Positions 18,612 to 28,790 of a stretch of DNA of 64,000 bases are shown here, in pieces (within the stretch, counting starts at the first letter, position 1; the number at the start of each line of letters is the position of its first letter). The position numbers and the translations under genes were made by a program. The stretch is from Planctomycetota bacterium (GTDB lineage: Bacteria; Planctomycetota; B15-G4): NCBI GenBank assembly GCA_038212275.1, contig JBBQUR010000004.1:32001-96000 (forward strand), written 5' to 3'. The notes below the pieces were generated by a model, which saw only the letters and a program-made list of their open reading frames with translations, was not told the origin of the DNA and did not search any database.

Positions 18612-19223
18612 ATGTTCACACGTCGCTCCTTGCCGCTGGCTGCTGCCGTGCTGGCGTGCGCCTTCGGCTCTTGTGACGACGCGTCGGAGGCCTCCAGATG
18701 CCGGCGCCAGGAAGGCGAGCCTGTCTCCGGCGCGATTCTCGCGTCGGCCGACTGTCCTCCCGGAGAGCGCGTTGCCGAGGACAAGCCCTTCGGGCCTGTC
18801 GCGGTGCTGCTCCAATCGACGGGGGCTGCGGGAGGCGGGCAGGCGCTGCACGCGACCTTGCGCCCCGTACGCACCCTCGGTTCCGTGGCCTGGCATTGGG
18901 AATTGTCGGGAGGCGCCGCGCTGCTCGAAGGAGCCGTTGCAGGCAGTGCCGACCCGGAGGGCGGCGTGATCAGTGTGGTGGATGCCATCGTGCGCCCGCC
19001 TTCGGCCGGAGCTTCGGGGCGCGCAATGCTCGTCACGAAGGCCGTCTTCGAGGGGGCCGATACGAGCGGGCCCACGGGACCCGAGATCACGATCCAGTCC
19101 GTGGAGTTCCGCTGGGGGGAGGGCGACCCGTCTTCCGTTCCGATCGTGAGCGGCTTCGATGCCGCCACGGGTGAGGCGACATCGTTCGCGCTGGTGCCGT
19201 CTTCTCAGCGGCCGGGGCGCTGA
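18612..19223 (+). CDS. Exported/lipoprotein of unknown function, partner of the downstream protease (copy 1)
   Basis: Signal with FGSC lipobox-like motif; similar to 21872..22471; stops 3 nt before the protease gene. Confidence 0.7.
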   Translation: MFTRRSLPLAAAVLACAFGSCDDASEASRCRRQEGEPVSGAILASADCPPGERVAEDKPFGPVAVLLQSTGAAGGGQALHATLRPVRTLGSVAWHWELSGGAALLEGAVAGSADPEGGVISVVDAIVRPPSAGASGRAMLVTKAVFEGADTSGPTGPEITIQSVEFRWGEGDPSSVPIVSGFDAATGEATSFALVPSSQRPGR

Positions 19224-19226
19224 GAC

Positions 19227-21527
19227 GTGTTGCGCACCGGAGTGCGTGCACTGCTGCTGACGAGCGTCCTGCTCGGTGCCGTCTCGCAGGCCGGCGCGCA
19301 AGGTTTTGCTGTCACCGGCCGTTGCGTGTACGTGGACAAGGCGTGGGACTACGACGGCTGGACCGGCGCGCGACCCGAGCGCGCGATCCGTCGCGCCGAT
19401 GTCGCCGTCGTCGAAGCGCTCACCAACCTGGTGCTTGGCACGGGCACCACCCAGGCCGACGGAAGTTTCTCGATCCACTGTGCTGCCCTGCCATTCGTCG
19501 GACTCAAGGTGCGATGCGAGGCGGACACGCAGCTCTCCAGCGGCTTTCAGCGCCTGCGCGTGACCAACGAATCGAGTGTCGACTACGCTCTGGAGAGTCA
19601 GGTCTTCTCGGTGCAGGACCCGACGAAGCCGTTCGATGTCGGCACGCTGGTTGCCATGCCCATGCTGGCTGGAAGCAGCGAGGGGCAGCCGTTCAACCTG
19701 TTTGACATGGGCGTGTCCGCGCTGGAATACCTCACCGGACCGGTTGTCGGCGCGTCGCCGATCATGCAGCCCTTGCGCATCGCCTGGCCGAGCCCGGGCG
19801 GCACGTTCACGTGGGGCACCGTCATGCATCTCGGCGAGCAGGACGGCTACGACGATGCCGTGGCGTTGCACGAGCTGGGACACGCCGTGCACAAGGGCTG
19901 GTCGGGAGACGACAGCCAGGGCGGGCCGCACTCGTTCGGTGAGAGCGATCAGGAACCGCGGCTTGCCTTCTCGGAGGGGTTCGCCACGCTCTTCTGCGGG
20001 GCGGTGCAGAGCTGGCTCGGTCTCGAGGCGCTCTACGTGGATTGCGACGGCAGCGCCACGATCGGCGGCGTGCAGCTGAGGCTGCGGCTGGAGACGGTGG
20101 CGCCGTGGGCCGGCGAATGCTTCGGCGAAGCCGACGAGGTGGCAATCGCCTGCACGCTGTTCGACGTGTTCGACGACGAGTTGACGCCGGACGCCACGCC
20201 CGGCAGGGACGACGACCTCTTCCTCCTCGGCACGCACGTGAACGGCCTGTCGGCGCAGGCAGCGTGGTGGACTCTGTTCACGGGACCGCTCGCGGCCGCC
20301 ACCAACCTCGCGCAGCAGGATGCTTGGGACCAGTGGCTCATCCTCCATGCCGCCGACCCTCAGCTGCAGGCATGGACTGCTGCCTTCGAAGAGCGTCACA
20401 TCCGGTTCACGCGCGATGCGCAGGAACCCGACAGCGCGCCGTCTCTTGCGGTTCCCACGGCTGCCGTGCACGACGGCTCCTGGTCCGCGGAGCACACGCT
20501 CTACGACCCCGTCGCCGACTCGCTCGCACCGGGCACGGGCGATACGGACCACTTCGCCGTGTCTCTCGTGGCAGGCGACGTGATCGAGGTCGCCACGCGT
20601 TATCCAGCGGGTGTCACGGATGCGGAGACGGAGTGTGATCCGTATCTCGAGCTCCATGCGCCGTCGGGATCGCTCGTTGCTTCCGATGACAACTCCGGTC
20701 CGGGCCGCAACGCGCTGCTCGCCGCCGTGAGCATCGACCAGAGCGGCACCTGGCTGGTGAAGGTCGGCACGCACAACGCGCTGCGCCGCTATGGCCGCTA
20801 CGAACTGCGCATCAGCTACCTCAGTGAAAACCTGCCGCCCCAGCTCGTGGCTGGCCCGAGTGCCTTCCCCATGACGGTTCGGGCGGACGACACGTCGCAG
20901 CTGTCGGCGCTGGCGGTCGATCCTGACGGCGACCCTCTGCTCACCTACGCGTGGACGCCGCTGGACGGCGGCCGCATCGAGGGCTCTGGGCCGAATGTGC
21001 TGTTCGATCCGCCGTTCGTGCTGCAGCCAGCCGAGGTGAGGGTGCGGCTCGTCGTGAGCGACAGCTTCGGCGCTACGTCAGCGCCTGCAGAACTCACACT
21101 GACGGTGCTGCCGGCGACGGGTGGCCTCTGTTCGGGCTCCGCAGCGTGGCAGAGTCTCGGGACGGGAAAGCCGGGACTTGGCGGGACGCCGGAGCTTGTC
21201 GGCATCGGCTTGCCGATCGTCCCGGGTCTCGGTTTCGCCCTGAGAACGACGGGACTCACACCGAAGCTGCCGGGCTTCATGGTCTTCGGCTTCTCGCAGA
21301 TCGAGGTCGCGTTCGACGGCGGCACGTTCTGGGTGTCTCCGGAACTGCTGCTGCCGGTCACGCCGAGCATGTCGGGCGAGCTTCTCATTCCCCTGGTGCT
21401 GCCTCCCGAGCCGCTGCTCTGCGGACTCTCTCTCTACACGCAGGTCATCGTGCCGAACGATCCCGGCGCCACGGGCGGCAAACACACCGCACAGTCCAAC
21501 GGGCTGAAGCTCACCTTCGGGGACTGA
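19227..21527 (+). CDS. Secreted zinc metalloprotease (HEXXH) with PPC-like, Ig-like and C-terminal domains
   Basis: Signal peptide AGA-Q; LHELGHAVH...FSEGFA; DPYLELHAPSGSLVASDDNSG (PPC-like); DPDGDPLLTYAW (Ig-like); C-terminal LYTQ...SNGL. Confidence 0.82.
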   Translation: MLRTGVRALLLTSVLLGAVSQAGAQGFAVTGRCVYVDKAWDYDGWTGARPERAIRRADVAVVEALTNLVLGTGTTQADGSFSIHCAALPFVGLKVRCEADTQLSSGFQRLRVTNESSVDYALESQVFSVQDPTKPFDVGTLVAMPMLAGSSEGQPFNLFDMGVSALEYLTGPVVGASPIMQPLRIAWPSPGGTFTWGTVMHLGEQDGYDDAVALHELGHAVHKGWSGDDSQGGPHSFGESDQEPRLAFSEGFATLFCGAVQSWLGLEALYVDCDGSATIGGVQLRLRLETVAPWAGECFGEADEVAIACTLFDVFDDELTPDATPGRDDDLFLLGTHVNGLSAQAAWWTLFTGPLAAATNLAQQDAWDQWLILHAADPQLQAWTAAFEERHIRFTRDAQEPDSAPSLAVPTAAVHDGSWSAEHTLYDPVADSLAPGTGDTDHFAVSLVAGDVIEVATRYPAGVTDAETECDPYLELHAPSGSLVASDDNSGPGRNALLAAVSIDQSGTWLVKVGTHNALRRYGRYELRISYLSENLPPQLVAGPSAFPMTVRADDTSQLSALAVDPDGDPLLTYAWTPLDGGRIEGSGPNVLFDPPFVLQPAEVRVRLVVSDSFGATSAPAELTLTVLPATGGLCSGSAAWQSLGTGKPGLGGTPELVGIGLPIVPGLGFALRTTGLTPKLPGFMVFGFSQIEVAFDGGTFWVSPELLLPVTPSMSGELLIPLVLPPEPLLCGLSLYTQVIVPNDPGATGGKHTAQSNGLKLTFGD

Positions 21528-21596
21528 TCCGCCGACGGAGACGGAATCGCCGACGGGGACTGATCCGCTGACGGGGACTGATCCGCCGACGGAGAC
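21518..21596. repeat. 18-bp tandem repeat (4 units plus partial) starting across the protease stop codon
   Basis: cggggactgatccgccga / cggagacggaatcgccga / cggggactgatccgctga / cggggactgatccgccga / cggagac. Confidence 0.88.
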
Positions 21597-21871
21597 CGGG
21601 CCCACAGGGATGAGGCCGACAGGGACACAGCGGCCTGCGTGTCGTGTCGCGGGCGCTTCACGAAGGCGGGGAGTCGCGGCCGATCCAGCAGCCGGTTGTC
21701 GGGGCTGCCCGCTGCCCTGTGCCGGCCGTCCCGCTCAAGGCTGGGCCACGGCTCAAGGCTGCCTGCCCGACCTGCCGATGGTCAGGTCGCCGCGGACGCC
21801 GGGCCGGCGCGAATCACTCGCGCCGCCAGCCCGGACTTCGAGCGGGCCGTGCCACTCCAACGATCGACACC

Positions 21872-22471
21872 ATGCCACGCACTCTCGCGCTGCTCATCTT
21901 GCTGATGGGATGCTCCGCGCTCGCCCTTTTCGGCGGGCTGCGGAATGCTCCTGCGGCGTTCGCATGCTCTGCCGGCCGCGACGCTCCTGAACCGCGCTTT
22001 GCGCGGCCGTGGAGCGGATCCAGAGACTGCAAGCCGCGCGCACCGGTCGAACTGCAGCTGGAGCAGACGGGTGCTTCGGACCGCTCCGTCGTGACCCTGC
22101 AGTTCCGCGTGCTGCCGCACGACAGTGTCGGCGTGGTGGACTGGGAGCTCCAGCTGCCGGCGGGAGCGCAGCTGCTGCAGGGCGAGCTGCGCGGCTCATG
22201 CACTGCCGGGGGGGACGGCTCGGGCTCGCGTGTCGTCCATGTGCGGCTCGATCCGGATGCGGATCTGTCGCGCATCACGCTCTCCGCCCGCGGAGCGCTC
22301 GTCGACGCGCCGACGGACGGCAACCTCGTCCGCGCCAGAAGCGCACTGACCTGGGGCGACCCGCAGGCAGCTCTCGTCGACAAGGTCCGCGAGCGGCCGC
22401 TGCTGGTGGTGGGGCCGCGAGTGTCCCGTCGCGTGGCGGAGGTCCCGAGCGTGCATCGGAGCGGACGATGA
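21872..22471 (+). CDS. Exported protein of unknown function, protease partner (copy 2)
   Basis: Hydrophobic N-terminus; KPRAPVELQL, VDWELQLPAGAQLLQG and VPSVHRSGR* match copy 1; ATGA overlap with next gene. Confidence 0.72.
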   Translation: MPRTLALLILLMGCSALALFGGLRNAPAAFACSAGRDAPEPRFARPWSGSRDCKPRAPVELQLEQTGASDRSVVTLQFRVLPHDSVGVVDWELQLPAGAQLLQGELRGSCTAGGDGSGSRVVHVRLDPDADLSRITLSARGALVDAPTDGNLVRARSALTWGDPQAALVDKVRERPLLVVGPRVSRRVAEVPSVHRSGR

Positions 22472-24078
22472 ACGCGCGCGCCGCACTCATTGCCGTGCTG
22501 CTGTCCACGTTCGGCGCGCCGGTGCTCGCCCAGGGCTTTCCCGTGAGCGGCACTTTCGCCTACAGCGACAAGGAATGGGACTTCAACGGCTGGACCGGCG
22601 TGCGTCCGGAGCGCCCGATCCGCGGCGCCGACGTCCGCGTGATCGATGACACGACGGGCAAGGTGCTCGGGCGCGGCATCACCGCCGCCGACGGCAGCTT
22701 CACCGTCTTCGCGAAAACGAAACTGCCGCACCCGGACGTGGTCGTGCGCGTGGAGAGTCGAAACCGGGAGCGACGCTTGCTGCCCGCTCCCTTCACGGGC
22801 ATCACGCTCCTGTCGGCCACCGGCGATCCGTACGCGGCCTTCAGCCCGGTCTTCGCGTCCCACGACAGCAGCCTGCCGCTCGACGTGGGCACGACCGTGG
22901 CGCAGTCGATCACGGTCGCGGACGAGGAGGGCAATCCCTTCAACGTGTTCGACGCCGCCGTCTCGGCCTTCGACTACGTGCACGGAGCCGCAGTGGGGGC
23001 CAAGCCGCGCGGTTCGGTCACGCTGCACTGGCCGTCGTTCACCGGAAGCTGGGCGCTCGGCCGGCATGCGTGGATCGGCAGCGACGACGGCGATGACGAC
23101 TCGGTGATCCTGCACGAGCTGGGTCACCTCGTGCACAACATCTACAGCGACAGCGACAGTCCCGGCGGCGTGCACTACTTCGGCGACAGCGACCAGGATC
23201 CGCGGCTCTCCTTCGCCGAGGGTTTCGCCACTTTCTTCGGCGGCTGCGTCCAGCAGGATCTGGGACGACCTGCGCTCTACGTCGACTGCGACGCGGCCGT
23301 GGACACGAGCGGCGTGCAGCTGCACCTGAGCCTCGAGGAGTGCACGCCGTTTCTTGCGACGGCCGAAGGCGCCTCCGACGAGGTGGCCGTCGCGTGCGTG
23401 CTCCATGACCTCGTCGATGACGAGAGCACGCCGGACACGCAACCCGGCGTCGATGACGACAGCCTGGGTGCGGGCACACTCATCGACGGGCTGACGCCGA
23501 CACGCGCGCTCTGGGCGGTGTTCTGCGGGCCCGTCCGCAAGGCCTCGCGGCTGACGATGGATCACGTCTGGGACGGATGGCTGACTCTGCACGCGCAGGA
23601 CACGCACTATGATCAGTTGAGCGACGTGTTCGAGCAGCAGCGCATGCGCTTCTGGCCGGACGCCTTCGAACCCGACGGCACGAGCGAGGCCGCCACTCTG
23701 CTCGTGCCGCTCAGCGGCGCGGACTGGGGGCCCGAACACACGCTGTACGACGCCCCGCCGGGCTCCGACCAGATCGGGACCGGAGACCGCGACTGGTTCG
23801 CGGTGGACCTCGTGGCGGGTCAACTGGTGCGTCTCGAGACCCGCTATCCCGGCGGAGCCTGGGATGCCCGCACGCAGGTCGACACCTTCCTGACCCTTCA
23901 CGCGCCGGACGGCAGGACGGTCGCCACGGACGAAGACTCCGGCGCCGGCCGCAACGCGCGCCTCGATGCGGTCGTCGTCGACGAGACCGGGCGATGGACC
24001 TTCGAGGTGCGCAGTCGCAATCGCACGCATCGCTACGGGCGCTACGAGGTACGGGTCGTCCTGCTTCCGAGTTCCTGA
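22468..24078 (+). CDS. Secreted zinc metalloprotease (HEXXH) with PPC-like domain, paralog of 19227..21527
   Basis: Signal VLA-Q; DKEWDFNGWTG, LHELGHLVH...FAEGFA, DTFLTLHAPDG; lacks the Ig-like and C-terminal domains. Confidence 0.82.
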   Translation: MNARAALIAVLLSTFGAPVLAQGFPVSGTFAYSDKEWDFNGWTGVRPERPIRGADVRVIDDTTGKVLGRGITAADGSFTVFAKTKLPHPDVVVRVESRNRERRLLPAPFTGITLLSATGDPYAAFSPVFASHDSSLPLDVGTTVAQSITVADEEGNPFNVFDAAVSAFDYVHGAAVGAKPRGSVTLHWPSFTGSWALGRHAWIGSDDGDDDSVILHELGHLVHNIYSDSDSPGGVHYFGDSDQDPRLSFAEGFATFFGGCVQQDLGRPALYVDCDAAVDTSGVQLHLSLEECTPFLATAEGASDEVAVACVLHDLVDDESTPDTQPGVDDDSLGAGTLIDGLTPTRALWAVFCGPVRKASRLTMDHVWDGWLTLHAQDTHYDQLSDVFEQQRMRFWPDAFEPDGTSEAATLLVPLSGADWGPEHTLYDAPPGSDQIGTGDRDWFAVDLVAGQLVRLETRYPGGAWDARTQVDTFLTLHAPDGRTVATDEDSGAGRNARLDAVVVDETGRWTFEVRSRNRTHRYGRYEVRVVLLPSS

Positions 24079-24173
24079 GGCGCGGCTCATGCGTCCCTGG
24101 CGGCGTGTTCAGTGCACGTCCGGGCGTGCCGACTCCTGCCATTCGGCTCGCGCGCTGCCTATGATCGCGGCCC

Positions 24174-26192
24174 ATGAGCACCGTGCGATCCGCGAGCCCG
24201 CCATCGGACGCCGAGGCCCGCGACGGTGCCGGCGGACGCACCGGTCGCCGCATCGCCTTCGGTCTGCTGTTCGCGACGGTTCTGGCGGCGGGCTGGTTCC
24301 AGGTCCACAACCTCGACATCTACCTGCACGCCCGCACGGGGCAGTGGATCGTCGAGCACGGCAGCGTGCCGGTTCTCAACGTCATGTCGAAGCTGCACGC
24401 GACCTATCCCACCGTGGACGACAAGTGGGGCTTTCAGGTGCTGGCCCACGCGCTGTTCGACGGCATCGGCCCTGACGCGTGCGTCGCCGCGCGACAACTG
24501 CTGCTGCTGCTGCTGTTCGGGTTCATGCTGGCCACGGCGCGCGGGCTGGGCGCCGGGGCGTGGTCCTCGCTGGCGTGGTTGCTGCTGGCGCTCGTCGCGG
24601 GGCGCAGCCGCCTCACCTTCCGGCCCGACCTGGCGAGCGCCGTCTTCACGGTCGTCTTCGCGCACATTTTGCTCGTGTCGCGGCGTGACGGGCGCGGGGC
24701 CTTCCGGCTCATCCCGCTGCAACTGCTCTGGGTCAACGTGCACGGCTACTTCATCACGGGGCCGCTGATGCTCGCGGCCGTCGCCGCTGCGCAGTTGCTG
24801 TCCGGGCCGCAGGGGCGCGCGGTGGCGCGCCGGCTGCTTCCCGTGGGCGCGGCCCTGCTGGGTGTCTGCCTGCTCAATCCGGCAGGAGTGGCCGGCGCGC
24901 TGCATCCGCTGGCCATCCTGCAGGATCTGCACGCGCACGAGGACTTCTATCGCAGCGCGATCGTCGAGTTCCATCCGACCTTCGCGCACGATCCTCGCCA
25001 GCCGTGGGACCGTGTCGCCTATCTGCTGCTGGGCGTGCCGGCCGGCCTGGCACTTCTCGCCGCGGCCTTCGGGAGCCGGCGCACGCGGCGTGCCGACGAC
25101 TCCGGCCAGCCAGCTTCTGAACTGGCCGCACGCGGGACTGCACTCCCGGCCCTCGCCTTGTTCGTGCTCTTCGGCGCCATGAGTCTTCAACTGCGCCGCA
25201 ACATGGCGCCGTTCGCCTTCGTGGTCGCCCCGCTCATGGCCGCGGCCTGGTCGGCAGGCTGGCAACGCGTGGCGCGTGGTGCGTTGCATGGTGCGTTGCG
25301 TGGAACGTCGCGCGTGGGGCGCGCGCTGGCGGGCGCTGGTGCGGCGGGACCGCCGCTCGCTGCCGGCTTTGCGCTTCTGGTCGCCTGGGGTGAACTCTCG
25401 GACACGACCTCGATTCACGACGGACTGGACCGGCGCTCGGGTTCGGGACTCTCCCGCAGCGCCTACCCGGATGCGGGCATCGAGTTCATCGCGCGCGAGT
25501 TGCCGCACACTTCGGTCTTCACGGCCTTCTCGTACGGCAGCACCTTCACGGGCCGCCGCTGGCCCGAGCAGCTGGCGTCGACCGACGGCAACACGCACGG
25601 CTACCCGACCGAGTACCTCATGGAGGTGCTGGCCGCGTCGTCGAGCGACGATGCGTCCGCCTTCCGCGCGCTCTGCACTCGCGATGGACACGACGTGGCG
25701 CTGATTCCGATGGCGGGGCCGCTGTCCATCGCGCTGCTCAAGGAGCCCGAGTGGGCTCTGGTGTGCGTCGGGGTTCGCGAAGCCGTCTGGGTCTCGCGCG
25801 CCGCCATGGATCCGGCGTGGCTGGCGGAGCACGACCTGCTGGCACGCTGGCAATCGGGAGCGGCCCCCGTGCTTCCCGACACGCCCGCGAACCCGGAGAT
25901 GTCATGGCTGCCCGGCACTCGCGCCTTCGTGCCGTCCGCGGAAATCGATCAGGCCACGCTGCTGTCGCGCGCCGGGCTGGTGGACGCGGCGCTGGTGGAC
26001 GCCGCGCTGGTGCGCGCGACGGACGCCACGGCGCGTGCACCGCATGATGCCGAAGCCCACGCGCTGCGCGGCCTGCTCTGCGTGAGGCTCGGCCGGATCG
26101 CGGAGGCACGGGAACAGCTGCAGCGCAGCCAGGAACTCGACGGCTACAACCGTCTCGCCGAGGCTGCCGCGAAGGCGCTCGCCCGGCTCTAG
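24174..26192 (+). CDS. Multi-pass membrane protein, GT-C-like glycosyltransferase candidate with C-terminal TPR
   Basis: DIYLHARTGQWI, FRPD, LWVNVHGYF and LLNPAG motifs; many TM helices; TPR-like end. Confidence 0.6.
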   Translation: MSTVRSASPPSDAEARDGAGGRTGRRIAFGLLFATVLAAGWFQVHNLDIYLHARTGQWIVEHGSVPVLNVMSKLHATYPTVDDKWGFQVLAHALFDGIGPDACVAARQLLLLLLFGFMLATARGLGAGAWSSLAWLLLALVAGRSRLTFRPDLASAVFTVVFAHILLVSRRDGRGAFRLIPLQLLWVNVHGYFITGPLMLAAVAAAQLLSGPQGRAVARRLLPVGAALLGVCLLNPAGVAGALHPLAILQDLHAHEDFYRSAIVEFHPTFAHDPRQPWDRVAYLLLGVPAGLALLAAAFGSRRTRRADDSGQPASELAARGTALPALALFVLFGAMSLQLRRNMAPFAFVVAPLMAAAWSAGWQRVARGALHGALRGTSRVGRALAGAGAAGPPLAAGFALLVAWGELSDTTSIHDGLDRRSGSGLSRSAYPDAGIEFIARELPHTSVFTAFSYGSTFTGRRWPEQLASTDGNTHGYPTEYLMEVLAASSSDDASAFRALCTRDGHDVALIPMAGPLSIALLKEPEWALVCVGVREAVWVSRAAMDPAWLAEHDLLARWQSGAAPVLPDTPANPEMSWLPGTRAFVPSAEIDQATLLSRAGLVDAALVDAALVRATDATARAPHDAEAHALRGLLCVRLGRIAEAREQLQRSQELDGYNRLAEAAAKALARL

Positions 26193-26207
26193 CCGCGGCG
26201 CCCGGCC

Positions 26208-28790
26208 TCAGCGCTCCGCGAAGTCCATCGCATCCGACAGGCGCACCGAGAGCTTCATGTTGCCGCTGCGCTCGGCGAAGCGTTGCCGCGCGCGCAGCAG
26301 GCGCTTCACGCTGTCCAGCTCGAAGACGACATCGATGTCGTCGGCGATCTTCACGAGCACGTCGGCGTATTGCGCGTCGAATCCCACGGTGTCGAGCGGC
26401 GTGGTGCGCGACAAGGCATCGAGCAGGTCGCAGCGGGCCGAGAAAATGTTGAAGACGAGGATGGCGCGCAGGCGCTGCACGGCCTCGTCGATGCGTCCGT
26501 CGGCGATGCACGACTGTGCGGTGCGGAACTGCAGGTAGAGCTGGTTGTCCGCAAGCAGTTCCTGCGCCAGGGCATCGGCAGCGGGCCGCTCATCGAGCGC
26601 CTGCAGTATTTCGATGCCGCGCAGGCGCAGGCGCGCGGCCTCGTCGGGATCGGTGGTCGGTGTCCGAGCACGGCGCTCGGCCAGTGCCTGCAGCAGGCGC
26701 GCCACGGGAATTCCCGCCTGCGACAGTCCCGCGGGATGCAGGACGATCTGCGCTCCCTCTCCGCTTCGCGGGAGATCGGCGACGGATCCCGGATTGAGCA
26801 GCACTGCGGCGAACAGTTCCTGGAAGGCATCGTCCGGCCGATCGAGGCGCGCGGAGAGCCTTGAAAGATCCAGATGCCGCCTCCAGCTTTCGGGGCCGTA
26901 CGGATCGAGACGCACGGATTCGGAGAGCCAGGCCTCCACGCGCGGGTCGTCCGGCGAGCTCGCCACCAGCACGAGTGCGGCCTGATGCGCCAGCCACGCG
27001 GAGCCTGGGAAGAGCGCTCTGGCAGACTCGAGCGCCGCGAGAACCTGCACCGGTCGTTGCTGCAGCCCCGCGAGCCGGGCTCTTTGCAGCGGGAGGTTCG
27101 GATCGAAGGGTTGCAGTCGCTCTGCCCGGTCGATCCAGCGCAAGGCCTCGTCGCTCTTCTCGTCCTCTGCATCGGCCAGCGCGGCGTCGGGCCAGGCATT
27201 GCCTGAGGGTGCCGAGGCCAGGTCCGCCTCCGTGTCGCGACGCGCGGCTTCGACGGCGGCGATGGCCTGCGCGGCTCGCCGCTCGCACCAGCCTCCGAGA
27301 GTGAGCGTCACGCCGAAGACGGCGATGCCCACCGCCACCCAGGGGATGGCGCGTCTCGTGCGCGTCGCCAAAGCGCTCTCCGACGCTGCCTCCGCGGCCT
27401 CGCGCGCGTCGGTGTCGCGCGCCGCGGCGTCGCGCAGTCCGAGCAGGAGGAAAGCAAGGGCGGGGTACAGCGTGGAGTCCGCACTGCCGAGGTCGATCGC
27501 ATTGGCGGCCCACAGGGACAGCAGGGCGGCGCTCGCGGCGTGCACCGCCGGAGTCTCGCGGCGAGTCTTCGCCACGCTGCCCGCGAACAGGAGGACGAGG
27601 GCGATGACGCCCGGCCAGCCGAAGCCCTCGCCCACGGCGAGCACGACGTTGTGCGGGTGGTCGTCCTTGGGCAGACCTTCGTAGACGCCGGGCAATGCGA
27701 AGAGACCCTGCACGTACGTGGTGCCCGCACCGTAACCATGCCAAGGAGCGGCGGCGAACGCTGCGCGGCCGAGCGCCCACATCGACGTGCGGAACGAGAC
27801 GGCCTTGCTCACCATGCTCGGATCGTGCTGCAGCGCCGTGCGTTCACTCGCGCCCAGCACGGGCCAGACGAGCAGCAACGCGACGGCGACGGCAGCCATT
27901 ACGGAGATCCAGCGCACCGCCGGGAGGCGTGCCTGCAGTCGCGGGCGGAGCCCTTGCCAGACGAGCAGCGCGCCACCGAAGCCGAGGGTCAGCAGGCCGG
28001 TGCGCGAGCGCACCGCGAGCAAGGCGACGAGCACGGGCAGCGCCAGCAGAGCGATCAGCGGGCGCCTGCGGGGCTGGACGGTGAGAGCCAGCCCTCCGGC
28101 GAGCAGCAGCGTCGTGACGAGGTGCGGCACGGCGAGGTTGGGGTGCAGGCCGAGAAGCCGCAGCCGCGTGGCGAAGACGGCGGAGAATGGCAGCTGCAGG
28201 CCATCGGAGAGCTGGGCATAACTGGCCAGTGCGAAGATGCACAGCGTCGCCGTGGCGAGCAGGAGCACGAAGACGACGCGCTCTGCGTGTTGCCCGCTGA
28301 ACAACGACGGAACCAGCAGCGCGAGCGCCGCAGGCGGCAGCACGTAGGACAGCCAGAGGACGCTGCCCTGCGGGAAGTCCGTGCCGAGCATGGACGGCAC
28401 GGCGAGCAGCAGAGCCGCCGCCGTGAGCAGCGACGCGCGGGTTGCGACCAGCCAGGGGCGGGAGATGAGCAGGACTGCAGCGAGCAGAGCCAGGCGGCCG
28501 CCGTCGTCGCCGGGCACCCCGCGCTGGCCCAGTATCGTCGACACGAGCAGCACGAGCGTGAGGCGCCGCGCCAGCGAGGCGCGGTCGGCGGCACGCAGCA
28601 ACCACCATGCAGCCGCCGCCCCGGTCAGCAACCATGCGATGGCGAGTTCCGGCGGGCGGCCGAACGTGGAGACGCCGGCTTGCGCGGGCGAACTCACCGC
28701 CGCGCTCACGAACAGCCACGCGGTGACTGTCGCAGCGATCAGCCGGGAGGCTGCCTCAGCGACCCGGTTGCTGGCCACCGCTGCCGGCAT
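26208..28790 (-). CDS. O-antigen ligase (Wzy_C)-like membrane protein with TPR-like region
   Basis: LGLHPNLA, RSRTG, RTSMW..G, PWHGYGAG, HPHNVVL; start uncertain, overlaps end of upstream gene. Confidence 0.75.
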   Translation of the reverse strand: MPAAVASNRVAEAASRLIAATVTAWLFVSAAVSSPAQAGVSTFGRPPELAIAWLLTGAAAAWWLLRAADRASLARRLTLVLLVSTILGQRGVPGDDGGRLALLAAVLLISRPWLVATRASLLTAAALLLAVPSMLGTDFPQGSVLWLSYVLPPAALALLVPSLFSGQHAERVVFVLLLATATLCIFALASYAQLSDGLQLPFSAVFATRLRLLGLHPNLAVPHLVTTLLLAGGLALTVQPRRRPLIALLALPVLVALLAVRSRTGLLTLGFGGALLVWQGLRPRLQARLPAVRWISVMAAVAVALLLVWPVLGASERTALQHDPSMVSKAVSFRTSMWALGRAAFAAAPWHGYGAGTTYVQGLFALPGVYEGLPKDDHPHNVVLAVGEGFGWPGVIALVLLFAGSVAKTRRETPAVHAASAALLSLWAANAIDLGSADSTLYPALAFLLLGLRDAAARDTDAREAAEAASESALATRTRRAIPWVAVGIAVFGVTLTLGGWCERRAAQAIAAVEAARRDTEADLASAPSGNAWPDAALADAEDEKSDEALRWIDRAERLQPFDPNLPLQRARLAGLQQRPVQVLAALESARALFPGSAWLAHQAALVLVASSPDDPRVEAWLSESVRLDPYGPESWRRHLDLSRLSARLDRPDDAFQELFAAVLLNPGSVADLPRSGEGAQIVLHPAGLSQAGIPVARLLQALAERRARTPTTDPDEAARLRLRGIEILQALDERPAADALAQELLADNQLYLQFRTAQSCIADGRIDEAVQRLRAILVFNIFSARCDLLDALSRTTPLDTVGFDAQYADVLVKIADDIDVVFELDSVKRLLRARQRFAERSGNMKLSVRLSDAMDFAER

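Noticed and set aside
21518..21596. Possible CRISPR array
   Set aside because: Contiguous 18-bp units with no unique spacers, and no cas genes in the window
18510..24090. Long antisense ORFs (18510..20774, 21814..24090; also 11087..12967, 29739..31709, 40370..42049, 47254..49764, 58579..60591, 62325..63944)
   Set aside because: Shadows of well-supported genes on the opposite strand; expected at this GC content; no recognisable motifs
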